Assembly (NCBI GenBank): GCA_053919585.1
Contig: CM132793.1
Strand: one strand, 5' to 3'
From: Euprymna scolopes
Lineage: Eukaryota
Length of the DNA: 64,000 bases
Shown here piece after piece: positions 40,026-53,807 of this stretch; position 1 is the first letter of the stretch; the number at the start of each line of letters is the position of its first letter. A program made the position numbers and the translations under genes. The notes beneath the pieces were generated by a model. That model was not told the origin of the DNA and did no database searches. It was given only the letters and a program-made list of their open reading frames with translations.

Positions 40026-40339
40026 GCTATGCTTCGGTGTTTCCTTCATAACTTTATTGTACTTTTCCATCACGATCGTCTGGTTAAAAATAAAGTATCG
40101 ATTGTCATCACTTGCATCTATGAAATGACATTTTTATGAGACTTGAACTCGTCGATATTCAAGTCAAGCGTCACTAATTTGTATACAATTTAAAGTGGTT
40201 GGTCTTAGTCTCAATTTTAGCTACAGACAATTTAAAATATTAATTAAATTAAATTACGTTTTTTTCCAATTCATGTAAAATGTAGTATTTGAACTCAAAG
40301 ATGCATGAATCATGAAAAACTTTGCATGCATCCGATCAG

Positions 40340-40490
40340 ACTACTGTTCTGTGTTATTTTCACGTTTCGATCGATGTAACCTCTGACCTACGAGCAAGTC
40401 TCAGAGTACGACAAAATACACGTTAACGGGTGAAAATAACACTTACGATAAGAATAGGAGGCAGAGGAATCCAAGTAATACAAATAATGA
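40340..40490. mobile_element. Palindromic Penelope-like terminal-repeat remnant (family P, copy B)
   Basis: Left arm gactactgttct..ttattttcacgtttcgatcgatgtaacctctgacct is similar to 53428-53497. A decayed opposite arm lies at 40420-40490. Confidence 0.55.
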
Positions 40491-43389
40491 ATCTCCATTT
40501 TTAATTCAAATTTGTAGTATTGGGCTTGAAAGATTTAAAACGATAATTTCGTCCATTGCAACTTCAATAATACATCTGTTATTATTAGACGCACTTATCT
40601 CCAATTAATGCCAAAGTTTATCTTAATCCGACCTTAAGAAACCTTGTTCTATTAATATATGCAAGTAATTACTTTCCTGGCATTGTTATAATCCTCCAAC
40701 ATTAACGTTATATCTAGATAAGAAATTCCAAAACTTAGACATGGAATACGTGTTCATATCTAGAGGAATAAAAGAAAGCTAATAACTATTTAATTTTTTA
40801 CAAATTACTTTGTTTCAAATGCGCTAAACGAGGGAGAGGGGGATAAAATTACATTGATTTAATGTTTTTAAGACTGAAAATTATGATTGAGAAGGTAAAA
40901 GTAAAAATGATTTAACACCCAGTGCTAGAAGACGTTTCGATCGACAGAGGAGGTTTCTCAAAAAGTGATGTCAACGTGCGTCATACTGTGTTTCAGACGA
41001 ACTGAAGGATTTCTGCCGAGATGCGCAAATAAATGCGTAATTGAAGTATCTTGTCATAAGACACACACTGTTTTACAGGCGTTCTACCTTAAAAAAAAAA
41101 AAAATAGGCGTGTCCCGCCTAGCGAGAAATTCGATAATTTCAGAAAAATAACTAGCTAGGATTTTATCTTCTGTTTTCAATCAAGAAAAATAATATTTCT
41201 CGACCAACGTACTTCTATATTTTTGATGCATAACGTTTCCCTTTGAAGAAGTTAAATAGCCCTTGAAAACTAACCCTGTGTTCAACAATACTCAATTAAA
41301 TCTATCACTTTCTAAGAACTTATGATCATTTCCTATTTTCTCCCATATTTGACAAGAGTGGCAATATTCTTAGAATAATGAATAGGAGTGGTTGCTGATA
41401 TATCGATGAAAAAGGGGCATACCGGTTAAGTGTTTTCAACTAAATTATTAGCACTCCTTACTAAAAGTTATTTTGCATAATATTGAGAGATATAGAGTAA
41501 AATAGTGAGGGTGCAGGACTGTCCTGTCTATGAAAATCTAGCATGTTTTCTGTTAACTCCGTGCATGCGACGGAACGCAAACTTTTAAGGTTTCCTACAT
41601 CAAAATGGCTAACCATGTATTTTAATCCTATATAAGATTTGTAGTTCCCATAAATATCAATTAATGAATGAAACTCAACGAAACACTTTCCATTGTGCAT
41701 TTTTGCTAATTTGAAGAAAGTGTTGTGTTCAAAATTTCCTGCGTATGACCATTGCCACTTTTAATACTTAGGAAAATATATAAAATAAATAATATGGTAT
41801 TTCCAATATTCGCAACTGATGGACATGATTTTGTATAATCAGAAAAAAAATGAAAATAAATTCAGATAAAGCGTATGATATGATGAAAGGAATAAACGAA
41901 AACAATTACGGAACTCTGATTTGTCAAATAAAACAATTTTATATTATTTAATTACATAAACTATTTCCGTTTAATAATATTAATATCAAAAGTATTGCGT
42001 ACATAAATAAGACCACTAAGGAGACCTGACGTTGCCCAGTTTTCATTACTTTCCATACTTTTACTATCATCGAAAACCGGGAAAATCGACCATTTTCCAA
42101 TGCAGATTGATTGCTCTAGCCGGGGACTCAAGACGGTATACCAAGAAAAAGCTTCACTGTAGTGAAGTAACTTTCAGCACAATGTTTCTTGGTCTCAATT
42201 GCACTCTAAAGAACCTAGAGTTGATTCTATAAATTATGTTTTTAATGGTTAGTTTAAAGGTTAAAATGCAAAAGTCAAGTATGATGGTTCAGTAGCTCTA
42301 AACAGAAACCTCTATTTCGAACGCGTCCCTGCCCAAACAAATATACTACTGTTTATTTTTATATGCCAAGATCTTCTGATTGTGCAGTAATAAAATTTAT
42401 GAAATGCGCTTGTGATATTAAACTGTATAAGGGTGTGAGTGTTGGTTGAAATAGAATGTTTCTTCGTTAATCTAATTTTTTCGATTATCGATTTTCGATA
42501 ATTATCGGACACACTTCGATACAAAACCGTTCTAAGAACTCAGACACCAAGTATATCTGTGTGCAATTTCAACTTTTCCAGCTGTTTTGGAGTTAATATG
42601 GAAATAATTCAAACGCACGGACACATACATACGGAAAATGGCAAGTGGGCGGACAGTGGGAAACGGGCGGATACAGACGTACAGAGAGGCGGAGACAAAG
42701 ATGAAGCGTACCATATATAATTTGAGATAGTACTGTTATTAAGAAAACTATTGTGTATGAATATTTGAAAATAGATAAATCCTATTACAAATAAATGATA
42801 CTGAATGTTAATTTTTAGAACTGCTTATAAAAATATGCAGGGGAATACAGTCTTGATGCTTTCTGCACGTTTTCTCTGCTCTCTGTATAGCGTAATTAAA
42901 AATAATTGCGTTGTATATTTGAATCATATGAACTTAAGGCATTTTGATGTGAATATAGTTTCGGTATATGGAAAAAATGTATTTATTTGTTTAAAACAGT
43001 CCATTTGCATCTGATTAATCATATACTCATCTTTGAAAAGACATTACCGCTAGTTGATGTGTAGTGATCCCCCCACGTCTGTCTATATCATATTTCGCCG
43101 CTTATTTCAAAACATTTTATAGACACATTATTTGTAGTAACATGTCTTCTAAGAAAGCTTCAATTTATATTTATGTAACTTCTCGTTCATTTGAACAGTC
43201 CAAAAGGTATTTTTGTCTGACCCAAATGTCAAAATCAGATTCCTCGCTTGTCATGTATGACACTCCAAAACAATAACTGAAGCAACTTATTTTTTTCAGA
43301 AGAAAAAGAACATACCATTTTCAAAACACATTGCCTGATCGTACAACTATTTATTGATCTTCAAGAAAATGTAATATTTCCCTTAGATG

Positions 43390-43700
43390 TTAATCGTTTA
43401 TCGAGGCCATGGGCCCCTTTGAGGATTAGGGTTAAAGAAATCGCGAGGGGAAAAGTAGAAACAACAGAAGATTATTAAGGAGGAATTAGCAACTCAACAA
43501 GTATTTATTTAGATAAAACTTGAAGATCATGCTGTAGTCGATTTGGAAGCAGACTGGTTGTATCATGGTGCGCAAATTTAATCTTCTAGGGACGAAAGAT
43601 TGTTCATGTGAGTTTTGGTGTTAGAAATAAAAAATATTTTTTTGTAGTTGTAGCTAGAGAGATTTTTTGTTTAAGTCTTCGTTGCGGGGGATCAGAAATG
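43390..43700 (-). mobile_element. Highly decayed CR1-Zenon-like LINE 3' end
   Basis: acttgaagatcatgctgtagtcgatttggaagcag resembles 11170-11210, and the gaggattagggtt segment resembles the family 3' UTR. Confidence 0.45.
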
Positions 43701-43900
43701 TCGGCTCAGTCCTACAACAACCATGCGCATAAAGGTACATTAGAAAAGAAAGGCTAATAGTTCTTCGGTAGGAATGAGACTGTAGAAACGTGTTAATCTG
43801 ATCAGATTATGAGTAGTACTAGAAATTATGCATGTCTTGTTTCGTAGAATTAATATGCTGTGAATAGATACAACGGTACTACTTTAATTTGAACGCATAA

Positions 43901-43939
<39 letters not shown>

Positions 43940-43940
<1 letters not shown>

Positions 43941-44659
43941 TAGCAAAGGTACCCGTCGTTGACTGGGTTCAAAAACAGCCTACAGAAAATGGACTCTGAT
44001 TTATGAATGTATGATAGGTTATGAAAAGGAAGGGTTGTAATGAGATAGCTTCGAATTTGGGGGTATCAAAACCAAAGCAAAATATGATGAAAGTAAAAAT
44101 AAAATAGATAAACCCCATAATTTATTACACCATACCTGTTCACGCTGAAACACTTATCACAATATTCTGTGGATCTATATTAAAAAACCTTGTTAAACTT
44201 TGTGACATATTTCCATTCTATGGAGCTTAGGCGCGAACGAACACCCCATAATTTTATTATACCATATTTCTTCAAACTGAAACATAATTATCAAAGTATA
44301 CTTACGCAGATAGATAGGAAAAGTATTTATTAAAGTGTGTGTCTATTTCCATTCTATGGAGGCCAGGCGCGAAAGCAGACCCACAATTTTATTATACCAT
44401 CCCTATTTAAGTTAAAACATACTTATCAAAGTATTCATATGTACATCTATATCAAAAACACTTGTAGACGTTTTTGTTTATTTTAAATTTATTTCCATAC
44501 ATTGTGGACCAGGCCCGAACGCAGACTCCACAATTTTAATGAACCACCATTCTTTCAGATCAAACCAACCCATTCCTGTGTCTTGATACATCTATCATTA
44601 TATGTAATCATTTTTTTTTAAATAGTCAACCATATAGGAGCCTACACACACACATTCAA

Positions 44660-44690
<31 letters not shown>
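43940..44690 (-). mobile_element. Non-autonomous Helitron (family A, copy 1)
   Basis: A|CTAG end with hairpin acccgtcgttgactgggt, three internal ~135-bp subrepeats, and a microsatellite at the 5' end. Near-identical to 56354-57142. Confidence 0.8.
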
Positions 44691-44729
<39 letters not shown>

Positions 44730-47064
44730 TTAAAATCACACATGGCTTTATATACGATAATTTATAGAATACCAGTAAAACTTCCTCGATCTTGCCTGTG
44801 TGTTTTTTGTATTTGTTTTGTGGTCGTAGATATTGAATGACGATAGATGTTAGAAATCGACTAAAACTCAGAATACACCATCCATTACAACAGGTAGAAG
44901 AGATCGGGAATATCTTATATCTTTTATTACATCGTAAATTGATGATCCTTTATGATATCATCCATTAGAGATGGAGTGGAAAAATCTTGATTAAAACGGA
45001 AGACAAAGAGCTGATGATTTATAAAAATTTGTGCGTATGTTGTAGAAGGAAACATATTAGTTGCCGAACAGTCTTTAATGAAAAAGATATTATGACACAA
45101 AACTATAAATATTTAAAACAAAAGTAATAGCTATTGAAACTTAAATATAATTAGATCTCTATGTAGAATAATGCATCCCACTTACTTTACGTCTCCCTCT
45201 CTTTCACATGCACATGCATACACACACACACATATATATATATACACAAGGTCATTGAAAAGAATGTCGCTATTTTAAAATAGTTTACTTTTGAAATATA
45301 ATTCATGCAATTAATGAATATGAGGAAAATGTAAATTCAATATAACTGGTTTCATAAACTTTTGCATAATCGTAGTCATAGCTTCACGTATTTACCCTTC
45401 AAAATCTGACCCTCAAGATCGCCATGCGCATGAATACCTACCTATATTACAGACGGCTTTCCATGTTACTATCAGGCGGATAACGTCAAGCCATTTAAAA
45501 AGTTTACCACCAGCACCCTTATTCGTGACATAGCCACATAGAAACGAAAAATTGACTATATCTCGGGCGACTCTTCACGCAAAAATACTCTCGACTTAGA
45601 ATACATTTTCTTCTTCTCCCTTTGTCAGACAAATAACTCTTTGTAAATGAAGAGTGAGGGACAAAGTAGGAGAAATGAGTTACGGAAGCTGCTAATAACG
45701 CACCACAATGCATTGTGTACTCTCCATATGTTTTGGATCTGCCTGATATTAATTCTGTAATCGATTGTAACAGGCGAAAATGATCATGGGGTCGTTCATA
45801 AAACAGAACACATTTATTAAACAAATGTACAGACTAATCATGACTTATACGCCGCTATATACGAATACATGTTTATACTCTGCTAGGATTTTATTTAATT
45901 GTAAGGATAAACCTTCTCTTCCAAGTGCGGAGAACTCTTCCGCAATAAGTGTTGAGTGGATAGCTCATGTTGGTGTATTATTTTAGCCTGACGAACTAAT
46001 ATTTTCTCGGTAAACCCTACACCAGAAATCAAAATTACACTAGGATACTTTGAAAAATGTTAGAATCGTCCTTAGTGCATAAAACTTTCTTGATGTTGTC
46101 ATTGTATATCAGTTGGAGAATAAGAATAGATAATTTAAGAATTACGATTGTCAGTCGAAATTTTATTTCATTTTTATGAGATAGATATCTTAGTAAATAC
46201 ATACCGGGTGTTATTTAACCAGTTTCACGGTAGTGTTACAAACGTGCTGGAGAGTAAGCAAATCAGTTCTTGCAAGATCACAATAAAATCGCACAATTTC
46301 TGCAAAATGCCTGTGTATTTGCATCGTTGCGTTGATCGTTTTGTTGTTAGCTTGGATCAAATCCAATATATTTATTCCTTACTTAACCTTTACTGGATTA
46401 ACGACAATTCCACCATTCGTCATGACTATTGTATACAACCAATTATTTCGTCTTGTTTTCGACGTATTTTTAGGTGTATTGTATGTTAGCATTTTCTGGG
46501 AATATTCTTTGTTTTCCTTGTCTTCCGTCTTTATTCTGAACTCTGGGAAGAAATAAACGCTGACCTTATAACATTGTTGAATGAAGAACGACTGAGAGCT
46601 GCCAAAACGTCATCGCGCCACTAATTGGAATGTTGTAACCCCTGACAGCTGTTGGCTAAGATCACGTGATAACGAGAACGACGCGAGGAATGCGTTTTCC
46701 TCTAAAACGCAATAAATAAATGAATACCTTTCTCGCTACACTCCGTAAATTTCCCTACAAGCATTTCCAAAAGTATGTTTCTAGTCCGCACTCTTGGAGA
46801 TATTATCTAAAAGTTTTTTTTTTTCTTTTTGTAATTAAATTGAGCAATTAGTTCAATTACATGTTTTCTATTTACCAACCGTATACATTTTCCGAAAAGT
46901 ATAAGCACTCGATGTTCGCTTTTATAATTAATTTATACAAGCTTGTCTCAGGCTTGCTTTATTATAGTATTTTATAAGCCACAAGAATACACTAATTGAC
47001 ATTACAAGTTTAATATTATTCGACGTGATTAGTTTACAGCAAAGGTGATGCTAGATTAGATTCA

Positions 47065-47537
47065 CTAGCAGGCCACCAGGCGTTGCTCGGTCGTTAAATG
47101 CACATAAATATTATACATTCAGAATTCTCATATATCATTATAGAGCCACTTTTCTGATTATTATTCGATGTATAGTAATGATTTAAAAACTCATAAAAAT
47201 GTCATATCATTCAATTGAATAGACACCAAACGTTTAGCGTTCCATCCTTAGTCGTTATTTATCTCTCCAACGGCATAACCGCCTGAGTTCTGGACAGATG
47301 GATAAGCAAGACTTTAAATGAAGTAACTTTGAATGTTTAATTTTGAGCATGCGCAAAAGACACAGCGGGGCGTCATGTTTTATTTGACTTACGCTGCCAA
47401 GGTCAACTCCTAGGTTCCAATTCTTACTGCCTTGCTGCAAATTTATCCGACTAAAAATCAAAACACCCTATATGTCCAATTCCAACTTTGTTGACTAAAC
47501 ATTTAGTTTGGTAGACCTTTCGCACACACCCTAACTC

Positions 47538-47545
<8 letters not shown>
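47065..47545 (-). mobile_element. Non-autonomous Helitron-like element (family B)
   Basis: A|CTAG plus hairpin accaggcgttgctcggt; similar to 4765-5260. Confidence 0.6.
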
Positions 47546-47586
<41 letters not shown>

Positions 47587-47688
47587 TAAATGTGTATATA
47601 TATATATATGGTAAATGTGTATATATATATATGGTAAATGTGTATATATATATATGGTAAATGTGTATATATATATGGTAAATGTGTA
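47542..47688. repeat. (TA)n plus (TA)nTGGTAAATGTG minisatellite running into the gap
   Basis: ggtaaatgtg repeats five times, separated by TA runs. Confidence 0.92.
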
Positions 47689-48113
47689 NNNNNNNNNNNN
47701 NNNNNNNNNNNNNNNNNNNNNNNNNNNNNNNNNNNNNNNNNNNNNNNNNNNNNNNNNNNNNNNNNNNNNNNNNNNNNNNNNNNNNNNNNNNNNNNNNNNN
47801 NNNNNNNNNNNNNNNNNNNNNNNNNNNNNNNNNNNNNNNNNNNNNNNNNNNNNNNNNNNNNNNNNNNNNNNNNNNNNNNNNNNNNNNNNNNNNNNNNNNN
47901 NNNNNNNNNNNNNNNNNNNNNNNNNNNNNNNNNNNNNNNNNNNNNNNNNNNNNNNNNNNNNNNNNNNNNNNNNNNNNNNNNNNNNNNNNNNNNNNNNNNN
48001 NNNNNNNNNNNNNNNNNNNNNNNNNNNNNNNNNNNNNNNNNNNNNNNNNNNNNNNNNNNNNNNNNNNNNNNNNNNNNNNNNNNNNNNNNNNNNNNNNNNN
48101 NNNNNNNNNNNNN
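47689..48113. other. Assembly gap (N run)
   Basis: Run of n. Confidence 1.
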
Positions 48114-48802
48114 TTCCGCGTACCAGAAGATTTCCTACCTCCAGTTATACACAATTATGCAGAATGTAAAAACTATACAGTTCAGCCTACTAGTGAAATA
48201 GAACCAATCATTTTCTAAGAAAGCATAAAAATGAATAATTAACTCTTATTTTTCAAATTTATATGCAAATTAGTAAAGCTTCATGTAGTTGATCTCACAT
48301 CATTAACTGAGTTCGTTATAATAATTTTTAAATAGAAAAAAGTAAATAAAAACGTTCAAAGTTATGAAGACTAACGTGTTATATGACGAATAAATGCGTT
48401 TGTAAGTTTGATGGTGAGACGACAATTTCAGGATTGTTAGATACGTTTTAAAGTAGACCGAAGTCGATTTTTTAAAGCGGGTACACGGGAAGTGAACGTT
48501 GAACTTGAAATCAAACATGATATAGCCAATTGGGAATCATCATTTTGGTATTTTGTTCCTTACACGTTCCGTTTAACTTGAAGTCTACATAGAAATATAT
48601 AAAATTATTTACGGTGGTTTAACTAGACGATTTGTTTCGAATGTTTTACGCAGTGAGGTCATATATTAAGCAATCTGTAAATATATATCGGTTTAAGCAT
48701 TTAAAATATGAGGATTGCTAACTTGGCTGTTTTTATTCTGATCTTGGAAGTTATGTAACGTCGGTGTAGATGGAAGGAATTAAGAGAAAGTTTGCAAAGC
48801 TA

Positions 48803-49058
48803 TTTAACCAAAGAATATTGATTAAATTACCAAGTTTAACCAAAGAATATTGATTAAATTACCAAGTTTAACCAAAGAATATTGATTAAATTACCAAGTT
48901 TAACCAAAGAATATTGATTAAATTACCAAGTTTAACCAAAGAATATTGATTAAATTACCAAGTTTAACCAAAGAATATTGATTAAATTACCAAGTTTAAC
49001 CAAAGAATATTGATTAAATTACCAAGTTTAACCGAAGAATATTGATTTAATTACCAAG
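48803..49058. repeat. 32-bp minisatellite, 8 copies
   Basis: Unit tttaaccaaagaatattgattaaattaccaag; the first 7 copies are identical and the 8th has 2 substitutions; no spacers. Confidence 0.97.
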
Positions 49059-49818
49059 TTTATCTGTTTCTGCTAAAATATAATTTCTCATCTTCCTATT
49101 TTATTCCCAGGGCTACCGACGAATTAGTATTACTATTTGTGGTAATATTACCGGTGATCTATAATGGCTTATTCCTATCTTATTCGTTCATTAATTATAG
49201 TTTACTGTTTATAGTAGAGGGTGACGAAAACAAGTTATATACCATGTGGAATATTTTATATGTTAAAACTATATACACTGAGAATGAAAGAATGTTTGGC
49301 AAAATCTTGGTAAGAGATAAGTAAATAATTGCAGCTAATTATAAAAAAATGGCCTTTGTTGTTTAATATATAACCTGACCATAAAAATAGGTACCATTTT
49401 ATCATGTATTTTCGTGATTAAACTATGTACAAAAAAGTATTTAAAAACTAAAGGTTAAGTAACTCGACTTAATAATAATAGATAATTCAAATCAAACATA
49501 TGGCTTTGCCATATTGACGCGAATAAAGTGACCGTCGAGAAAGACTCCCCGCTATATGTCTCCCCCTCTAAATGGTATATACATGACTAGGGTCTGCGTA
49601 TGTATTTGCATTCGCCATAAAATTCGACTTTTAGTGGAATGCTGAATTCCTGATTATGGGTAAATACCACAAGTGGTTTTACTAGTTATTTAATTTAAAG
49701 TGAAGAACTCTATCATATTTCGTCGAGTCTCTGTAAGCATTCATATATACAACTACTACAACCTTGGAGAATTCGCAAAAACTTATAACAAAATCTTTAG
49801 TCACAATTATGTTATCCG

Positions 49819-50560
49819 GTTATTGGTCCTCCAACAAACGGAAAGTGGACTTGTAAATTCACCCTTGTCCGTTCTTCTGATCATCCGTTCGTCTGTCCGC
49901 ACTTTTCCCAATGACTAAGCTTTTGAATTTTTTGAAAATTTGTACAAACATTAAACATGATATACGTAAAAAGTAACAGAACGGATTTTCCGGGAAAACT
50001 CCGGTTGTCCTCCCTAGAGACGCCTTTCTGGTTAAAATAGCAAAAATTGACACTTTTGTGTTTATTAAAAAGAACATTGATGACTTGGGTTTTTATAAAA
50101 CTTTCTGAAAAGTTGTAACTCACTGATTTCTATATAATTTTGTTTGCCTATACTTTGCGATAACTCTTTGGTGTGCTCCAGGGACTCTTTTAGCGCTAAT
50201 AAAAACACTCCCTTTTTGTGATTATTTTACCATATTCAACCAACATTTTCAATGTATGTGTATTTAGCAGTTTTGCATGGTGCTGAACTCAAATATAAAC
50301 ATGTTATGGCCTTGTGGACTTTTGCGGCTAAATTGTGAGGGGGTCAATGGACTTAGTTATTTCTTTTTTTTGCATGGTGCAGAACTTAAATTTACATATG
50401 TTAAGGCCTAAAAGTGCACTATTTGTTCATTTTCACCAGGATTTGACGTCTCCTGGGGACTTCTGGGGCTAAACGGGGGGGGGGTCATATGCTGAACTTT
50501 CTCATGTTTTATGCCTCGTTCAGTGTGAACTCACGGAGGACCGTGATTGCTTCACTTGTT
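49819..50560 (+). mobile_element. Helentron-associated non-autonomous element (HINE/DINE-1-like)
   Basis: 5' subterminal ggtcctcc is complementary to 3' ggaggacc; ccgttcgtctgtccg is microsatellite-like; 3' stem-loop cacggaggaccgtg; ends in cttgtt. Confidence 0.7.
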
Positions 50561-50689
50561 TTCATCAAGTTCAAGATGCTGTATAAATTAGACATCTTCG
50601 TATTCGGAAGTAATGATTCCTTGTTCTGTATGAACATTTTTGGAGATAGATTCTGTATCTAAGGGTACTTGTTGGGAGGAAAGTAATTA

Positions 50690-51120
50690 AATCTCTAATC
50701 CCATCGAATTACACGAACTAATCGTGAAATTAAACAGAAATATCAATCGAGACACTTAAAAAAGCCATTCAAAAATTGTGATTGCGATAAACATATTGCT
50801 GAATTCTCAATCATTTGCCCTTGAGAATTATTGATAGTCACTCCATATGGAAAACGAAATTGGAATCGAGTTCTCAAGTGAACGGCAACTGCCAATCGAT
50901 TTGGTGTCAATTTGACTTTAGCAATCGGAATACGAATGTCTGAGGCTGCCACTTAATAAACTATTGAAGCGAATCTCAAGTCTTAAACGCCTGTTACGTT
51001 GCACAAATCCTGATGAATGGATATTTCAATGAGGCGAGTAATAACCGACGAATTTCTTTTTAAAATTCGATCGACAAGGAATCAATCCAGGGGAAATTGA
51101 ATCAGATAGCATTATGCGTT
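50690..51120 (-). pseudogene. Helitron PIF1-like helicase C-terminal remnant
   Basis: RIPIAKVKLTP..LRTRFQFRFPYGVTINNSQGQMIENSAICLSQSQFLNG matches IPRI.L.P...RRQFP..AYAMTINKSQGQT..VGI.L..PVF.HGQ. Upstream LCNVT corresponds to LCNGTR. Confidence 0.75.
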
Positions 51121-53405
51121 CACTTATTATTTAGCACACTGTCTGACGGTGGTGGAACGCTTAATGAAGCTGCCGGTGAGCTCGGCATACCATGTTCAAT
51201 TTCAAACCGGTAATATTGTACGAGTTTTCGTGGACTAAAAAAAAAATAAAGATGAATCAATAACCCTTCCACGTAGGATTTAAAGTGGAAGCTAGCCTAC
51301 ACTCAACATCCTTAGAAAAGTAATTAGCTGACGAACGAAAGTATATTGTACGTGGAGCAACCTTGAGACACAGCAGAAAGGTATGCAAAGATTTAAGAGT
51401 TAACTCTAGTTTTCCTGTGAAGTAGCAGATAAAGATTAAAGGATAACCTCAGTCATCTGGCGTTATCAACAAACCTAGATGTTGGAAAAAGATGTGATTT
51501 ACGATCAGCCTCAACACGGTCTCGTTACCTTAGCAATAATTAAAAAGGTTAATAAAGGAACAGTTTTTCGGTTTCCAAATTGTTCGTGTTTATTTATTGT
51601 AATTAAAAGCGACCGTGCACGTGTTTTGTCAAATAGAGCAATCGCCAGCTAATCCAGGCACGAAGAAGCCTGCGTTCGGTTATTTATAATCAAGAAGCGA
51701 TCATTATTAGCATCAAAGGTACGATATCGATCGGAGTAAGCAGGGATATGGGCTACACCATAGACGTGCATATCCATCACTGCCTTAAGAGAGCAGGTAT
51801 TCAAGAGAACGAATCCGCTTATAAACAAATCTATGGCATACGCAAAAGTATGAATAACTAATTTTCGTAAACAGATTTTTAACCATCTTCATCTCCAAAT
51901 CTAACCGTACAAAAAAACCATCTATTTGATATCTTAGCGTATCTACCCAACTAATGAAATAGTACTGCCAAAAAATTATGCAGAAAGCAATAGTTCACTA
52001 GGTGGTGGTTAGCACCGTAAAATCTGTAATTTACTGTGCTCTGGAACCTAATCAATTACATTTGACATCTAGATAAACGCGCGGTAAACGACAGAAATTA
52101 AGAATAATCAAGTAACACATTTTCCCAAACACATTAAAATGTAAGTTTCTGTCGACCTGTACACTATGAATGTTCTGAAACTGTTCACATTTTTAATTGC
52201 GTATTGTTGAAAGATCTTTTGACCTGGCGAATAATAAATGTCGAATTGTCTCCTAACTATTGTTTCTGAAATGTTTAGAATTAAATGAATTTACTTGGTA
52301 TTTTTTTTTACATTGTTTGTGTCCACAACGCCGTAACGTTGGAGTTTTAAGTAGTTCTACATTTTCCGCCTCGCGATTTCCACAAAGTTACTTGAGTTTC
52401 CGCTTAATCTTGTAACCTGTCATGAACACTCAAGTAGTTTTCTGTATATTAAGACATTTTTTCCATTGTATTACGTAATGAATTTGAGTGACTATCGCCA
52501 TTATTAACATTGGGCAAGGAGGTGTAACGGTTATTCCCGTATTCTGTCCGGCAGACCGGAGTAACTTCCCGGAAATTGCTTGTCGGTAAATGCAGAAGCA
52601 GCTAAGTTCACGTTTGAGCAAACTATTTACACTGAACCTTAAAAGGATTAATGTAGGGCGTATGTTATTAAATGAAACAGTAAAAATCTATCACTTTTAT
52701 TAGTGAAAATAACGAAGTTGCGCGTGATACTTATATCTTGTGAGATCAGATTTAAAGTATTTTGTGGTTAACACGGATGAAGATGAGCAACTGATATTTA
52801 TAGTCAGGAATGAGAATAGGAGAATGGGAGAATTTAATTATGAATCTATATATTCAGGTGCGGTCATTCCCTTGTTGGGTTTAATTTTTGTTATCAAGGA
52901 GACCAGACATGTATTTCTCTACTCAAGCGAAAATTAGATAACGTTTGTTACTGTTGAGTGAGTCGCTTAAGGCGAATTCCTTTTTTGGAAACCTGATCGT
53001 TGTTGCGCACATTTAAATATCACGCTTTATTGTTTTTAACATATAACGACACTTTAAAAACTGGGACTTTATCTCGTTTTTCAGTTGTGAATTTGACATC
53101 TCAGCTCCATAAAATAATTGACAAGTCCATTTAATAACAGTATTACTTTTGCAAATACGGGTATTATTTACACCTATGATTGGAAAATAGTCAAGGTTTT
53201 GCTCTACAAGAAACACAAGGTATATAATATATGCATAGTTTTTAATTGGTAATGATTAATTTAGATGACTAATAGAATTATATATAATCTGCAGGGAAAT
53301 TGCTGCTATTACTAAATACTGTTAATCTTTTAGACACCGTCTTTAAGTCCAGCGGTAGAAATTCTTATGATTACGGTCTTGAATTTATTAGATGTAGACT
53401 AATCG

Positions 53406-53608
53406 TTCGTAATATTTGGGTTCTTAGGACTACTGTTCTCATCTTTAGTTTTATTTTCACACTGCTTCGGTCGATGTAACGTCCGAGCTTTTTCAGGTGT
53501 ATCTTATTGAAGTCGACAGGTAAGTCGCAGGTTACGTCAAGCGAAACGTTAAAATAAAATTACAAGACGAGAACGGTAGTCCGAGGACTCCAACTAATAA
53601 CAACGAAA
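53406..53608. mobile_element. Palindromic Penelope-like terminal-repeat remnant with hammerhead-like core (family P, copy A)
   Basis: Two ~95-bp inverted arms. The left arm (minus) reads acacctgaaaaagctcggacgttacatcgaccgaagcagtgtg; the right arm reads gttacgtcaagcgaaacgtt. Confidence 0.6.
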
Positions 53609-53807
53609 AAATATAAAAATATCTCTAATTGTTGAGTGCGGGAATTTGCACGGAATTTGAAAAGAAACTCTTCATTGAATTCACGGGAATAGACCAATTT
53701 AATTCCGTCTTTTATCCAATCGTGGCTGATGGAACGAAAGCATGCTGCCGCCGGTGATTAAATGGTTCCGTCTAAAGTACCGCGCTGATGGACGAATTCT
53801 ACAAGGT

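Noticed and set aside
45245-46750. Possible mariner/Tc1 remnants (SPYVLDL near 45720; cgggtgt...acactccg ends at 46205-46746)
   Set aside because: Too degenerate to assign by eye.
48803-49058. 32-bp repeats as a CRISPR array
   Set aside because: The units are contiguous with no spacers, there are no cas genes, and the context is eukaryotic.
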